DNA of 64,000 nucleotides. It comes from Malacoraja senta (lineage: Eukaryota). The DNA is taken from the NCBI GenBank assembly GCA_038087875.1, contig CM075998.1, forward strand, positions 4,528,001 to 4,592,000. Direction: 5' to 3'. Shown piece by piece: positions 24,301 through 37,260 of this stretch. Each line of letters starts with the position of its first letter. Positions within the stretch are counted from its first letter, which is position 1. Position numbers and translations under genes: made by a program. The notes under the pieces were generated by a model. That model was not told the origin of the DNA, did no database searches, and was given only the letters and a program-made list of their open reading frames with translations.

Positions 24301-24914
24301 TATTTGCCTATCTTTGTGGTTATTTCTTTACAATGTATGAGTTTTGAAGTATGATCCTTGTGTTGGATCTCCAAAGTTTGTGAATGAAACGCTGATCCAA
24401 AGCACATAAATCATTCCCTTGAACTGTTTTATTTAATTTTTGCCAAATTGTTTTTTTACTGTATTTTACTAATTTGTGGAAGAGCCAATTGTGACAGTGC
24501 AAGTTTTCCAAATAGCAGCCTGTGTTTATCTGTATCCAGTGTCATTGGAGTGGGTGAGAAAGAGCCACTGTTATTTGTCTCACTTAATTTTTGTTTTTAC
24601 TGTAAAGTCGTGCTCAAATAGAAGTGACGAATGTTGTGGTGAATCCTGTCATTGTTCAGTGAAAGCAGCAGCTATTAACAGTGTAATGATGTCTAGACTC
24701 GGTTGATATAGGTAATGCAAGGCCTGTATAAAAGTACTTAAACGCAAGGTAGAAATAAATTGATTCATTATATAATGGGGTTGTGTCCTGACCAGTGGGT
24801 ATTTTGATTGATTATAATGCAATCAAAGCGATTGGTGTTCATTTCACAACCACTTGAAAGTAAAAAATAATCCAAGCTTCAACTGCAGCCCCACATCATG
24901 GAGGAAAGAGAAAA

Positions 24915-26480
24915 AAGCCCGTCTATCACTGCACTAAACCACTTGGACAGTAAAAACACATACGTCCGGCTGTTGTTTGTAGACTATAGCTCAGTGTTCA
25001 ACGCCATCATCCCCTCCAAACTTGTTATTAAGCTGTCAGAACTGGGTCTTTGGAAAGGTCCTATAACCCCCACAATAAGGTCCTAATTAAAATTTTGGAA
25101 AGGTCCTATAACCCCCACAATTAAAATGTGGATTGTGGAAATGTTGGAGACCCTACACCTAGAAAGAATTAGACTTGTCTTAATGGACAAACAAGAACTT
25201 TTTGTTAAAATATGGGCTCCATTCATTAACTATTTGAAGGGATAGATGGGCCAAGCACGAAAACCCAACTGAAGCTTGAACTCAGGATTAGATGTAAAAA
25301 TATATTTCATAACCTACGAACTTATCTCCAAAGACGTATTATAAGTAGCTCATTCCACCTCTTTTTTTTTCTTATGATATTTGTAATGCTTTTTTCTTTC
25401 TATCTTTCTTTTTCTATCTATATTTTTAAAAAAAAAATTTTTTTTAATACAATAAAAAAAAAAAAAAACTGGGTCTTTGCAACTGGATCCATGAGTTCCT
25501 CATCAACAGAACAAAATCAGTACGAATTTTCGACACTTGCTCCTCAATAGCTATAAGCACAGTGGCACCTCAAGGCTGTGTGCTCAGCCCCTGCTCTGTT
25601 CATTCTTTACCCATTACTTTAGCCGGACACTGTTCCAACTCCATCTTAAAATTAGCCGATGACACCACAATTATTAGAAGAATTATGGATAATGATGAGT
25701 CAGGGTATAGGAGGTCAGTAAAACCAAGGAACTAATTGTTGACTTTAGAGGAGGAAAACCGAGGATCCACAAAACTGCCTTCATCATGGTGTAGAGAGTA
25801 AAAAGAATTAAGTTCCTGGGCATACATATCTCTGCATCAATGTGCTGGGTTCAGGAGATATCTTCAATCATAAAGAAACCCTATCAATGCCTCTACTTCC
25901 TTAGAAGATTGAGGAGATTTTGTATGCCAACAAATACTTTCTTGAATACTGTATACCGTCTACAGGTATACGGAAGAGAGCATATTGAGTGATTGCATAG
26001 CAACGAAGCATTACAAAAAAGTGGTGAACACTGCCCCAGTCCATAGGTACTGACCTCTTCACCATTGGGTACTGACCTCTTCACCATTGAAGGGATCTAC
26101 AGGAGGGGCTGCCTCAAAAATACACCCAGCATCATCAAGGATCCAAACCACCCTGGCCATACTCTCATTTCACTACTGCAACCGGGAAGAGGGTATAGGA
26201 ATCTGAAAACTGTAATGTCCAGGTTAAGGAACAGTTCCATCCCAACAACAATCAGGCCATTGAACACTACGCACTTCAACTAAAGGACAAACTGCCTTGG
26301 TTGCAACAGGAATGTCGGGCTTTGTTTTTGTTTTTGCACTATTTTTTTTTAATTTATTGAACTACGTTGTTTATTATGGTATTTAGTGAGGACTGTGTTT
26401 ACATATATGTTGTGCTGCTGCAAGTAAGAATTTTATTCTGTTTTGGGATATATGACAAATCACTCTTGTCTCTCTTGACT
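24915..26480 (+). mobile_element. Rex1/Babar-like LINE, degenerate, split by an L1 insertion
   Basis: [38 protein letters not shown]-like and KLADD; IIKDPNHPGHTL. Confidence 0.85.
25053..25466 (+). mobile_element. 5'-truncated L1-like insertion with poly(A)
   Basis: 25096-25245 [55 protein letters not shown] plus poly(A); 13-bp TSD AACTGGGTCTTTG (25040-25052, 25467-25479). Confidence 0.85.
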
Positions 26481-26830
26481 TTTTTCACATCATCGGCATC
26501 CCAAAATGCTCAGCCATGAAGTTTATACATTTCATGTGTAGTCACTGTTATAATATGAGAAACATAGCAGCAATTTGATTTTTTCTGAAAATAACTGATT
26601 AATCAACTTCAGTCATTTAGTTTGAGGGGAAAATATCGGCCAGAACTCTAGTGTTGTTCAAGCATGCCATGGAATCTCTTTCATCCACCAAATGGGTCAG
26701 CCGAGTCCTCCGTTTAACATCTCATCCAAACAGTGGCAGTCTGGCGGTGCAGAGCTCTGCTCTTGCTGCATTGATATGTGAGGCTAGATTACATACATGC
26801 ATCTGATCTGACCATTCAAATCCTTGAGCT
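26480..26830 (-). mobile_element. DeuSINE (SacSINE1/AmnSINE1-like) remnant
   Basis: TGAGGGGAAAATATCGGCCAG...GCCATGGAATCT...GTTTAACATCTCATCC resembles the reverse strand of the Deu domain. Confidence 0.65.
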
Positions 26831-28249
26831 GTTTCCACATTCAGTACGATCATATGATCTGTATCTTGCCATTATTTACCTGTTCTATCCTTTCTCCATA
26901 TCTCTAAATGTCATTGCTTTAGAATTTTCATTTGACCCCAGACCCGACGGCTTTAAGAGGGGGATAGTTGCAGGCTTTGCTCACTCATCATTTGGAGAAG
27001 TACTTGCTGTTATCACCTCTAAATGACCTAGTTTAAATTTTTAAATGACTTCCTTCCTCCTTATTCTGAACTCTTATCAGAGGAAATAGTTCTCTCTACC
27101 TTGACACCTTAACAATTACTTTATTTGAAACACGCCATTTAGATCACAACTTTGAAGAAATATGTGCCATCAGTTATATTTTAACTTATTCAGCAGTGGT
27201 ATCTTTCTGGTGAATCCACACAACAGGAGAAGAGAGCATACAGCATGAGGGAGAGTACAGGAGAGTACATTCCCAACTGCACATGAGAAGAAACTGAAGA
27301 TTATAGCATTACCTTGATTTCACAGTAACAAAATCATGATAAATCGCAATGTTTCCCCTTGTCAGCATTCAATCACATTGTTCCACTGGAGCCTTCACAT
27401 GTGCACTGGCAGTCCATGGATTTTGCAGTCAATATTTCCTAGAGGGACTGATTCATTCAGTGAATATGCTGTCACAAGATTAATTTATTGTGCACCAGTT
27501 CAGATACTCCACACTTTGGTGGGATGAGGCTGGATGATTGGGTTATCATTTGATGATGACATTTCATGGATGAGACGCAAAGATCACTGGCGGTGAGCAG
27601 CCTGCTTAGGAAGGGGTCGGACCTTCAGCAATGTGTGATTATGGACAGGCCATCCAAGCACTCTGACCACCAGTGCATAGAGATTTGTAAAAGCATGCCT
27701 CACCTAGAACTATGTTGATTTTCAGGGAATTGCAGTGATTTACATGGATAGCATGACCATGGAACAAAGAAAAGCAGCAATCACTAAACTCCCTGCCTTG
27801 AGAGTGAGTGTGGAAAATCTGAATGATTAAACGCCGATTACTTCAAACAGGTTGGCAGGTATCTTAACGTTATCCTAAGAGCATAATGCTGATCTGCTCA
27901 AAACGCATTCCAGCAAAGTGGTAGCAATGACATGCAACTTGGAAAGAAATCCAGCATGTCTCCAAGGACTCTTACTAATTCCTACAGATGTGCTGTAGAA
28001 AGCACCCCCGTTTGCTATGGCATTTGCTCTGCCCAGGACCCCACAAAATTGCAGTTGTGGATGCAGCCCAGTCCATCACATAAACCGGCCTCCATTTTCC
28101 TCCTCCCATCCAATTATAGTAGGGATGAATGTAGGAAAATTACTATTACATGTGGTTTTGTTATTATTCCATAGGTGCAAAGTGGGTGAACTTTGCACTA
28201 TCAAACCTTCTCAGTTGAGGTTGTTTAATAAAAACATTGCTGATTGGAA

Positions 28250-29640
28250 CCTCAACTCCACATTCCCGACTCAATAGCCCTTTAACTCTTTTGCATATCA
28301 AGAATCGATTTACCCCAGCCTTAAAAATATTCAATTACTTTTCCTTCTTCAAAAGGTGATGGAATCCATTCGAAAGATCCATGGAATTCTGAGAGGAAAA
28401 TAAATTTGCCATATTTGACTTAAAAGTCTTAGTTTCAAACAGTGACCCCCTAATTCTAGGCTCACCCACAGGAGGAAACATTCTCTTCACATTCAACCTG
28501 TTCAAGATCTTGCATGTTTCCTTCAAGTCCCTTCTCTCTCCTAAACTGCAATCAATACAAGCTTGTGCAGGAAGAAACTGCAGATGCTGGTTTAAACCGA
28601 AGATGGACACAAAATGCTGGAGTAACTCAGTGGGACAGGCAGCATCAATACAAGCTTAGTCTGTCCAACCATTTTTCACAAGACAACCTACCCATATCTG
28701 CTTCTTCCAATACATTAACACTCTGTTAACTAGGGATTCCAATACTGTAGATAGTCCTCGAGATGTGATCTGCCAATGCCCTATATAACTGAAGCATAAT
28801 ATTTGTTGTTTTGAATTTGATTTGAACAATAAACACTAACATTCTGTTTGCTTTCCTAATTACTTGCTGGACTTGCCTGCTGTGAACTGTGCACCGCCAC
28901 TGCATCTGAGGTCTGCAATCATTCACCACTTAGATAATGTTTTTGAATTTTTCAACAAATTGAATTATGTCACACTTCTCATATTTACCGACTCACTTAA
29001 CCATTCTATATCCCCGTGGCACATCACTCGTTGCCTCTTACCAACCAGAAAATGCCTGCTTTCAATGTCCTATTATCCTATCAATCTTCTATCCTTGCCA
29101 AATGTTACTTCCTACACCACAAGCTTTTATTTTCTACTGTAACCTCTTTATTATTTCATCTTATCAAATGCTATCTGAAAATTGAAGTTTTGTAAATCCA
29201 TCAGTTTCACTTTATCTAATGCATATGTTATTCTTCAAAAAAATGGAAAATCAATAAAATGTGATTTCCTTCACATAAAACATGCATTTTTTTCATGTGG
29301 CCTGCTTATAATGTCTGTAATAATAGTTTTTAATATTTTCCCTAAAATAGACATTCAGCTAACTGACTTGCAATTTCCTTATTTCTGTCTCATTTTTGAA
29401 TAAAGGCATTACATTTGCTATCTTACAGCTTAAGGGAAACTGGTTTGAATTTTGGAAAAACTAAAACCGATAATCAACAAACTCTCTTGCTCGCCACTTT
29501 TAAGTTGTTCCGATGAAGTCCATCAAGAACCAGAGACTTCTCAGCCCATAACACCAACAACTTGCTCGGTACCATTACCCTGGTTATCCCTGAGAAAATC
29601 GAGATTAAAGGCCTGGATGAATTATAGCAAGTTTATCTGG
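28250..29640 (-). mobile_element. Old CR1 with a Penelope-like insertion at 28565-28643
   Basis: Minus-strand QVQQVIRKANRMLVFI..MLQLYRAL; insert flanked by the 14-bp duplication ATCAATACAAGCTT. Confidence 0.75.
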
Positions 29641-29694
29641 GAGACCTTCTTCCTCTGAGGATCTTAAATCAAGGTATCACCCAATGAAATCTTG

Positions 29695-30112
29695 GTTTAG
29701 TTTAGAGATACTGCATGGAAACAGGCTCTTTGGCCCACTGAAGAAGGGTTTCGGCCCGAAACGTTGCCTATCTCCTTCGCTCCATAGATGCTGCTGCACC
29801 CGCTGAGTTTCTCCAGCATTTTTGTGTACCTTCTTTGGCCCACTGGGTCTATAACTGACTATCAATCACCCTTAACACTTGTTCTATGTAATCCTATTTC
29901 TCATATACTCCCTGCACACTAGGGACAATTTACAGAGGCCAATTAACCTACAAACCCGCATGTCTTTGAGATGTGGGAGGAAACCAAATCTCCCACATCT
30001 GTCACAGGGAGAACGTGCAAGCTCCACACAGGCAGTACCCGAGGTCGGGATCGAACCCAGGTCTCGGGTGCCGTGAGGCAGCAGTATTTCCCGCTGCGCC
30101 ACTGTGCTGCCC
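29695..30112 (-). mobile_element. HE1-like V-SINE with a Penelope-like insertion
   Basis: Minus-strand GGCAGCACAGTGGCGCAGCGG (A box) ... GGTTCGATCCC (B box), V-domain. Confidence 0.85.
29738..29831 (+). mobile_element. Solo Penelope-like terminus with hammerhead core
   Basis: CTGAAGAAGGGTTTCGGCCCGAAACGTTGCC; 14-bp duplication TCTTTGGCCCACTG at 29727-29740 and 29832-29845. Confidence 0.85.
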
Positions 30113-31656
30113 GGTCTTTGACTTTGGAATCTTATGTCACATCGATGAAGTGAAGAATTAGTGTGTACTTGTGTGCCAATTTGATTATAGACTTTGAACA
30201 GTAAATGCATGTAGAGAGCATCATACACAATACTAGAAACTACTTGAACCTGCACACACACACAATCCACTTTGTTTCCTCAACTTCTTGGATCAGCTTG
30301 TGCGCACAATATTATTAACACTGAAGATGCACTTATTAATAATAGTTCACTGAGTTGGGAGGCAGGGAGAGAGTAATTAACATTTAAAATAATCTTTTGA
30401 TTTTTCTAACACTTATCCAAGCCTGGGTATCAATAACTTGACTCAATTTTGATAATTTTACACAAGATGACTCCTTTATAAAATGTATGGGACTTTAAAT
30501 ATGGATAACGATAATGCGGATTGTATCATTCCTCCTGTAGACTTAATCTTGTGCCCTCCCTCCAGTTCTTTTTAATCTTGATGGTTAGTTATCTCTGTGG
30601 TCTTTGGTTTACTTACTGCAGTAATTATGGAAACCAGATAAACTGCCATAATGTTCCTGAGGAATAACATTTAATTACTAACGACCTGTTCATCTAACTG
30701 CATTTTGTGTCTAGATTTGCAGCTGCTTGAATGTTCTCCATGGGGAGAGACTGCTATTTGGAGATCAGGAAAAGCAGCAAACTGCTGTCTTTTTCTGTAC
30801 ATTCTTTAAAGATTGTTCAGTTATGATGGTATCTTATACAGTATGATTTCTGGAGTGTGCCAAGTGTGCTCAATGTGATTTGCAGTTTGTGGATGTGCAA
30901 TTTTATATTAGTGTTATTATTTCTTGCCATGTAACATGGATGTCATGACCAGGGTTACTGATTAACAGTGAAATAGGATGTTCTGGACAGGAAATTGTTT
31001 TATACCTGAAAATGATTTGAAGGAAAGCTTCCACTGTTGTAAATCTTCTGAAATCAATTGGGCAGCAAATCTGAAGGGGTATAGAGAGAGGATTGGTGTT
31101 AGTATGGGTAGGATCAGGAGTGGAAGAGAAGATAGAGAATGGTGAGTTCTACAAGCCCTGGTTGAAATAGTGAAGGAAATAGAAATTACTAGAGGAGAGG
31201 ATTGTGCCAACATTGAGGGAATTGAGTTAGCTAAGAAGATGATCAGAAGGTGCTGGCAACATCAGTAAAGGGAAGGGATGGATGGGTCTGAAGAGAGGCT
31301 TCAGCCCTCTGATCAACCCTCTTGCTTCAGTATGCAAGACCCGCTCCATGTGAAATCATTTTGGGGATTTATTTATGTAGTATTTTGGGATTGAGGTTTG
31401 CTATCGTGACCATTCATTGGAAAACTAAATGGGTAGTATTTTTAATATTTACAGATGCAAGATAAGCAATCATTGCTTCCTATTTATAGGTACCAACATT
31501 TTGGTGCCTATAAAGGTGGATTAATGTTATTGTTGCGTGAAGTACCAATGATGTATCCTGCTGCGTGATAATTTAGCAGCACCCAAAGACCAGACGCCTC
31601 TGTATCAGCCTTCCACAAGTAAAGGCATTCCCACTGCACGCTGTGTTAGTCTAGAG

Positions 31657-31860
31657 CAGGGGTTCCCAACCTTTTTCGTCCCGTTTACCCCTGGCAATTT
31701 TTCGAAAGTAAATTTACCCCCAACCTGTTGTTCAGTAATTTGAGTTTACACTTCTACCATAATAAAGCAACTGACAAAGGGGAAATTTGAAAATACTGTT
31801 TTTAACATCATTATTTTAAATTCCAGAATCAACAAATTTACCCCAGTTTGGGAGCCCTTG
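31657..31860. mobile_element. hAT (Charlie/Buster-type) MITE
   Basis: Termini CAGGGGTTCCCAA / TTGGGAGCCCTTG; perfect 8-bp TSD GTCTAGAG (31649-31656, 31861-31868). Confidence 0.9.
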
Positions 31861-32249
31861 GTCTAGAGTGCGTTTCAAGAGAGAGTTCGAGAGATGGAGG
31901 AAAGTTTATGATTCAGAAGTGGGTTCAGGATGACAGTAAGCTGGTGGTGATCAGCGCTGAAGGGATAAGTGGTTGCAGATTGGAAAGTGGTAGTAGACAA
32001 AATGGTTCGGTGATTGTGGTTGGTGAGTCAGCAGGAGGAAGGAGTTCATCTGGGTTTTGGTGGGGTTTGGTCCATTCAGCCATAGCCAGTGGGGATAGAG
32101 AGTCAAAATTGAATCTAGTGATCGGGGTTGCAGGGTGGATGGTTTCCAGTTAGATGATTGGGGCTCAAGGCAAGGGATGCCCGATATTGGGTCATCAGTG
32201 GGTAGAGGAGGATTGATTGAAGATTGTGTCCTTGGGGGAGGGATTGGTA

Positions 32250-32800
32250 ATAAAACATAATACAGCATGGGAACAGGCCATTTGGCTCACTTTGCCTCTA
32301 CCGACTGATCCAAGTAAAGCTAATCCCATCCACCTGCGTAAATTCTATTTCCAGCCTGCTCATGTGTTTGTCTGAATGTCTCTGAAACGTTGCTGTTATA
32401 TTTGCTTTGACAATCACCCTTGGCAGCGTGTTTCAGGCACATACCACTCTCTGTGTAGAAAACAACTTGTCCTGCACATCTCCTTTAAACTTTCCATCTC
32501 TTGCCGTAAACCTAACTTCTCTTGCATTTGATATTTCCACCCTGGGATAAAGACTCTGATTATCCACCCTATCTATGCCTGTCATAATTTTAATATACCT
32601 ATCAGGTTGCCCCTCAGCCTCTGATGCTCCAGAGAAAATAATGAAGTTTGTCCAACCTTTGTTTCTAGCTCAAACTCTCTGATCCAGGCATCATCCTGAT
32701 GAACCTCTTCTGCGCCCTCTCCATAGCCTCCACATCCTTCCTGTATTCCTGTTTCAAATTTAGCCTGACCAAAGTTTTACACAGCATCAACATGACTTAC
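32250..32800 (-). mobile_element. CR1 3' fragment
   Basis: CATAATACAGCATGGGAACAGGCC tail; CCCTATCTATGCC; GAACCTCTTCTGCGCCCTCTCC. Confidence 0.75.
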
Positions 32801-33799
32801 TGATTTTTATAGAACTTGATTCATGTTCCCCCCTCGATACTCCAAATATAGTGTTACATGGGGAGCAACATCATCATGCTGCCCCTTACACTGTGTCAGC
32901 CATGCAGGGAATGAGTCGTGGCCGGTTCAATTACTGGAGTGATTCAAAATAACCCTGTTGTATTTCAGACTGAGCAGAAATATGAATTTCAATTGCATTA
33001 CAATAGGAAAAAAACAGGATTAATGATTACATTTAAAGGGAACCTTATTTTCTTTTGACTGCAGCGGAACATGACTTACTGACAAATTGATCTCCTTGTG
33101 AATATTTTAGCACTTCAAAATAAAAGTTCAAAATTATATTTTAGAAGCAAAATTAAATGGTGAATGGCATGCTTTGGCCATTTGAAGGAAACCAGGCAGT
33201 TTTAGGAAAATCAGCACAGATATTCAAAATGTGTTTTAGTTGTGAAGAAATTGCTCACCAAATTAATTTACATTTTCCATTCAGGAACTTAACCATTTTT
33301 CTTTGCAAGTGTTTTGATTTTGTAATCATAAACAGTAAAAATCCAACAACGGTTTCAGATAAAATCTGTAATGGCAGAAAAAAGTATTCTGTAGTTTAAA
33401 ATATTTTTATTATTATCAACCTTATCTTAAACCTGCAGTTAGGAATCCGAAGGAAATGGGGTGGAAAAGAATCTCATGAACAAGCTTGCATTTAAAAAGT
33501 TCTTCATAGCTAAATAGACTACTTTTGTAGCAAAAACAACAGCCAAATATGTGTACATTTTCCAAACAAATTGAATTAATGACCAACTAATCTGTTGTGA
33601 TTAAAGCAAAAATATTGTGGAGAATATTGAGAGACCTCATCACTCATATTATGGGATAATTGTACAATAATCACAACATGGAGACTAGAGTTGGTTTAAT
33701 GTCCTATTTGCACCAACAAAGTTGCAGTGCTTCTTCATGTTCATCATAAGTCATAGGAGCAGAATTAGACCATTTGGCTATGCCATTCAGTTATGGCTT

Positions 33800-34920
33800 G
33801 CCGAAAGTTTGCAGATAATTAATTCTCGGTTAGTTGATCACAATAAATTTGGATCTTGTGGAAGCACAAGTTTGGAAGTGTGATTTGTAAAAATGGTACA
33901 TTGAGTAAATTGTTAATATCTTCTGTTTGATCTCCTATGGAATTAGCAAGAAGCTGGGGATATTTTTTAATATGTGAGACGATGAATGTTTGGCATTGCT
34001 CATGAGGATATGTTGGGAGATAAGTATTGGATTTGTAAGAGTGGTTCAGCTAAGAATGCTGAGAAGTAGACGTGTATGGAAGCCATGAATAGTTTGGAAG
34101 CCTCATTGAGATTTGGGAGATAGTGATGTGACTATTGAAAATGCAGTCAAGAGGGTTTTGGCGTCTATTGAGAACTTGAACTGATGTTTTGAAATGACAG
34201 GAGTGATTTGGGAATGAGGATGAGTGATATGGATAACATGAGGGACAGAATGGTTGGAACATTTGAGGGGAGCAGATATGATGTGTTCATGGTAAGCATT
34301 AGGGATGTGGAAATGAAATCTTGAAAGTAAATGGAAAGATACAACAAGCATTTCCAAAAACAAACCGCATGCTGATTTTCTTTTTAATTGCAAGGGGGTT
34401 GGAATTTGGGAGTAAGGATGTATTGCAATAACAACAGGTATTTGGTGAAACCACATGTGGAATATCGTGTGCAGATTTAGTCTTTGTTACTGATTTAATT
34501 CTTAAATGAGTGACTCTCTTATCCTAAGATAATGCCTGCTGGTTTAAAATTCCACAGCCAAAGGTTACAACTCTTAACATGTGAACTGTGAACCCCCCTC
34601 TCATTCGTCTAAATTCCAGTATGGATGGACCCATGCTATTTTATCTGCCCTCACTGGAAAACCCTTGTATGCCAGGAAACAATGTAGTGAACCTATACTG
34701 CACTGCAACAAGCATTGTGAATCTTTGAAGTCCTCTGCTTTCGAAGTGGATGCTTAATCATTAAGTATATTCAAGGTTGTTAATAGACTTTTTGAACATT
34801 AAGGGAATGAGAGGGTTGAGGATTGGGTGGCAACATTCATTTCAGGGTTGGCCATGATCATACTAAATTGCAGAGCAGGCTTGAAGTCAAAGATCTACTC
34901 CTGCTTCAATTTCTTGTGCT
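33800..34920. mobile_element. Mixed degenerate CR1 fragments (both orientations)
   Basis: AAAGTTTGCAGATAA (KFAD), GGTGAAACCACATGTGGAATAT (VRPHLEY-like), GGCCATGATCATACTAAATT tail. Confidence 0.55.
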
Positions 34921-36133
34921 TTTAAGGTGACTGCTTGAATTTGGGGAAAGGAGGGAAGTTCAGAGGACATTCTTCCATTCATTCTAGCTAAGGTTTAAAA
35001 CTGTATCACCTGATTGGTAAAACACATGGACCACCATGAAAAGCCTGAAAAGGCTGTAGAATGGAATTTGAAGCCAACTGGTTGAGCTCCACAGCAAGCT
35101 CACATACAGGAGAGTTTCTCCCGACTGGGAAAAGTTCCCAACATTCCTGTCTACATCTCACTCATTCTCTTGCTTTCTCTGATTTAATATTTAGCTCAGA
35201 AAGGTAATGTGACCTTGTTATAAAAATACACAGCATGTTGTTTGTTTTAAGATAATTCGTGGAAAAGCTCAAAAATCTCTTTCTGTTATCATTGGGTGTA
35301 TCTTTCAGTTGCTAATCAGACAAGTATTTGCTTTGATACAATCATGCTGATAAACTAGAAAAAAGTATGCACATGCTGAGACTGCTCTGTTGCCTTGAAG
35401 CAGAATACTGGTTAAAGTGAAACATGAAATAACTAAACCACAATAGGCATCTACACAGGCATGTTTTAAATATATTGTGAAATCAGTAACATTTTAATGT
35501 TTTCATTATACCAGAATTATTTTCCCTGAATGTTTTCCTCCTTTCTGATGCAAAAACATTCTAATTTCTGAGATCTTTCCTCGAAATGGGGATGTCAGTT
35601 TATTTGGGGAAAAAAAAGAGGTGGGACTGATACTAAAGTTCGGAGCAGTCCTGCCTTATTGACTTTGATTTTGTATGCCTGCACGTGCATGCCAGAACAC
35701 AGTGTGTTAAAAATGGGACACAGCAATCATTTGAAAGGCTGGTGTCCCTGTAGCAAAGAATCACTGTGGCCATCTGAGATGAGAAGATGGAGTGTGGAAA
35801 TTGGTTCGGAAAGCAATGTTCTATTTTAATCAATTTAATCTCGAGTAGATCGTGATAATGATTGTGTTCAAGGGAAATTGCAGCAATCATAAAATGGGAC
35901 CAGATACTTCCCGGTGAGATCAGAGTGAGTGCGCCTGATGTTTTCTGACCATCTATCTGAAGCATACCAGTGACATCAGTCATTGCACAATGCATTTTTT
36001 TCTGCCCTTATTGACATAAATTGTAGATCCACACTGTGAAACAGTCTTACGTGAACTAGAATTGCACCAGGTTCTTGCTTTCTCAATAGTGAAAGTGATA
36101 TCCATCCAACAATGGAAGTTTTCAATCCCTTAA

Positions 36134-36887
36134 GGGCCTGTCCCACGGGCAGGCGATTCCATGCGGCAAGCGCGACCTAACAGGAAGCGGGGACCGCGCG
36201 GAGGTCGCGGGGTCGGTCCCACGTAGATCGCCGGAGCCGTATGGAGTTGGTCCCGACACCGCGCGGGGCTCCAAAAAACCGACACTGCTCAAAAATTCCG
36301 CGCGGCAATGGCCTGCCGCATCGAGGCTGCGCGCACCGCCTCGACGCCGCGTGCACCGTCTCCGTCAACTCTGGAATTGTTGTGAAGGAAGGAACTGCAG
36401 ATGCCCATTTACACCGAAGATGGACACACCAAAAATGCTGGAGTAACTCAGTAGATCAGCCAGCTTCTGTGGATAGGTGGTGTTTCGGGTCGAGACACCT
36501 TCGGACTGAAGTCTTCTGCAGTCTTCTATGGTCTGAGGAAGGGTCTCGACCCGAAACATCACCTACCCGTGTTCACCTACATAAGAACCGAAACATCACC
36601 TACCCGTGTTCACCTACATAAAAACCGCTCGAGCTTCCAACGGATTTCGTTCGAACTGGACGTCCGCGCACCCCCCCGCTTCCGGTAAGGTCGCGCTCGC
36701 CGCAAGGAATCGCATGCCCGTGGGACAGGCCGTACGGTGATCACTCGGCCTCCGCACGGCCCCCGCTACCGGCTGGGTTGCGCTTGCCGCATGGAATCGC
36801 ATGCCCATGGGACAGGCCCTCGCGCGGCCCCCGCTTCCGGTTAGGTCGCGCTTGCCGCATGGAGTCGCCTGCCCGTGGGACAGGCCC
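36134..36887. mobile_element. MITE (PIF/Harbinger-like) with a nested Penelope-like pair (~36381-36620) and triplicated right end
   Basis: TIR GGGCCTGTCCCACGGGCAGGCGA / TCGCCTGCCCGTGGGACAGGCCC; TTAA on both flanks. Confidence 0.8.
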
Positions 36888-37260
36888 TTAAGTTTGCAGA
36901 TGGTCGTGGATCAAAGGTTTCAAAGGTCTTTTATTGTCACGTGTACCAATTAGGGTACAGTGAAATTCGAATTACCATACAACCATACTAAAAAAAAAAA
37001 GCAACAAGACACCAGTGATGGAAATGGGTTTTAGGAACTAGGGGTACACTAAGGTCCGTGAGGCTGAGGTTGGGAAGGAAGGGGGGTGGGGGGGGGGTTT
37101 ATGTGGGGTCATACCCATGTAAGAGTACAAGAATGGATAACTTGTTTATTGTGTATTTGTAATAGTTTATTGTGTATTATATGTCATAGCTGCTTTCTTG
37201 CATCTCCCCCTCCCCGTCCCCCTCTCCCTCCCCCTCCCCCTCACATCGTCTGCTTCGGTG

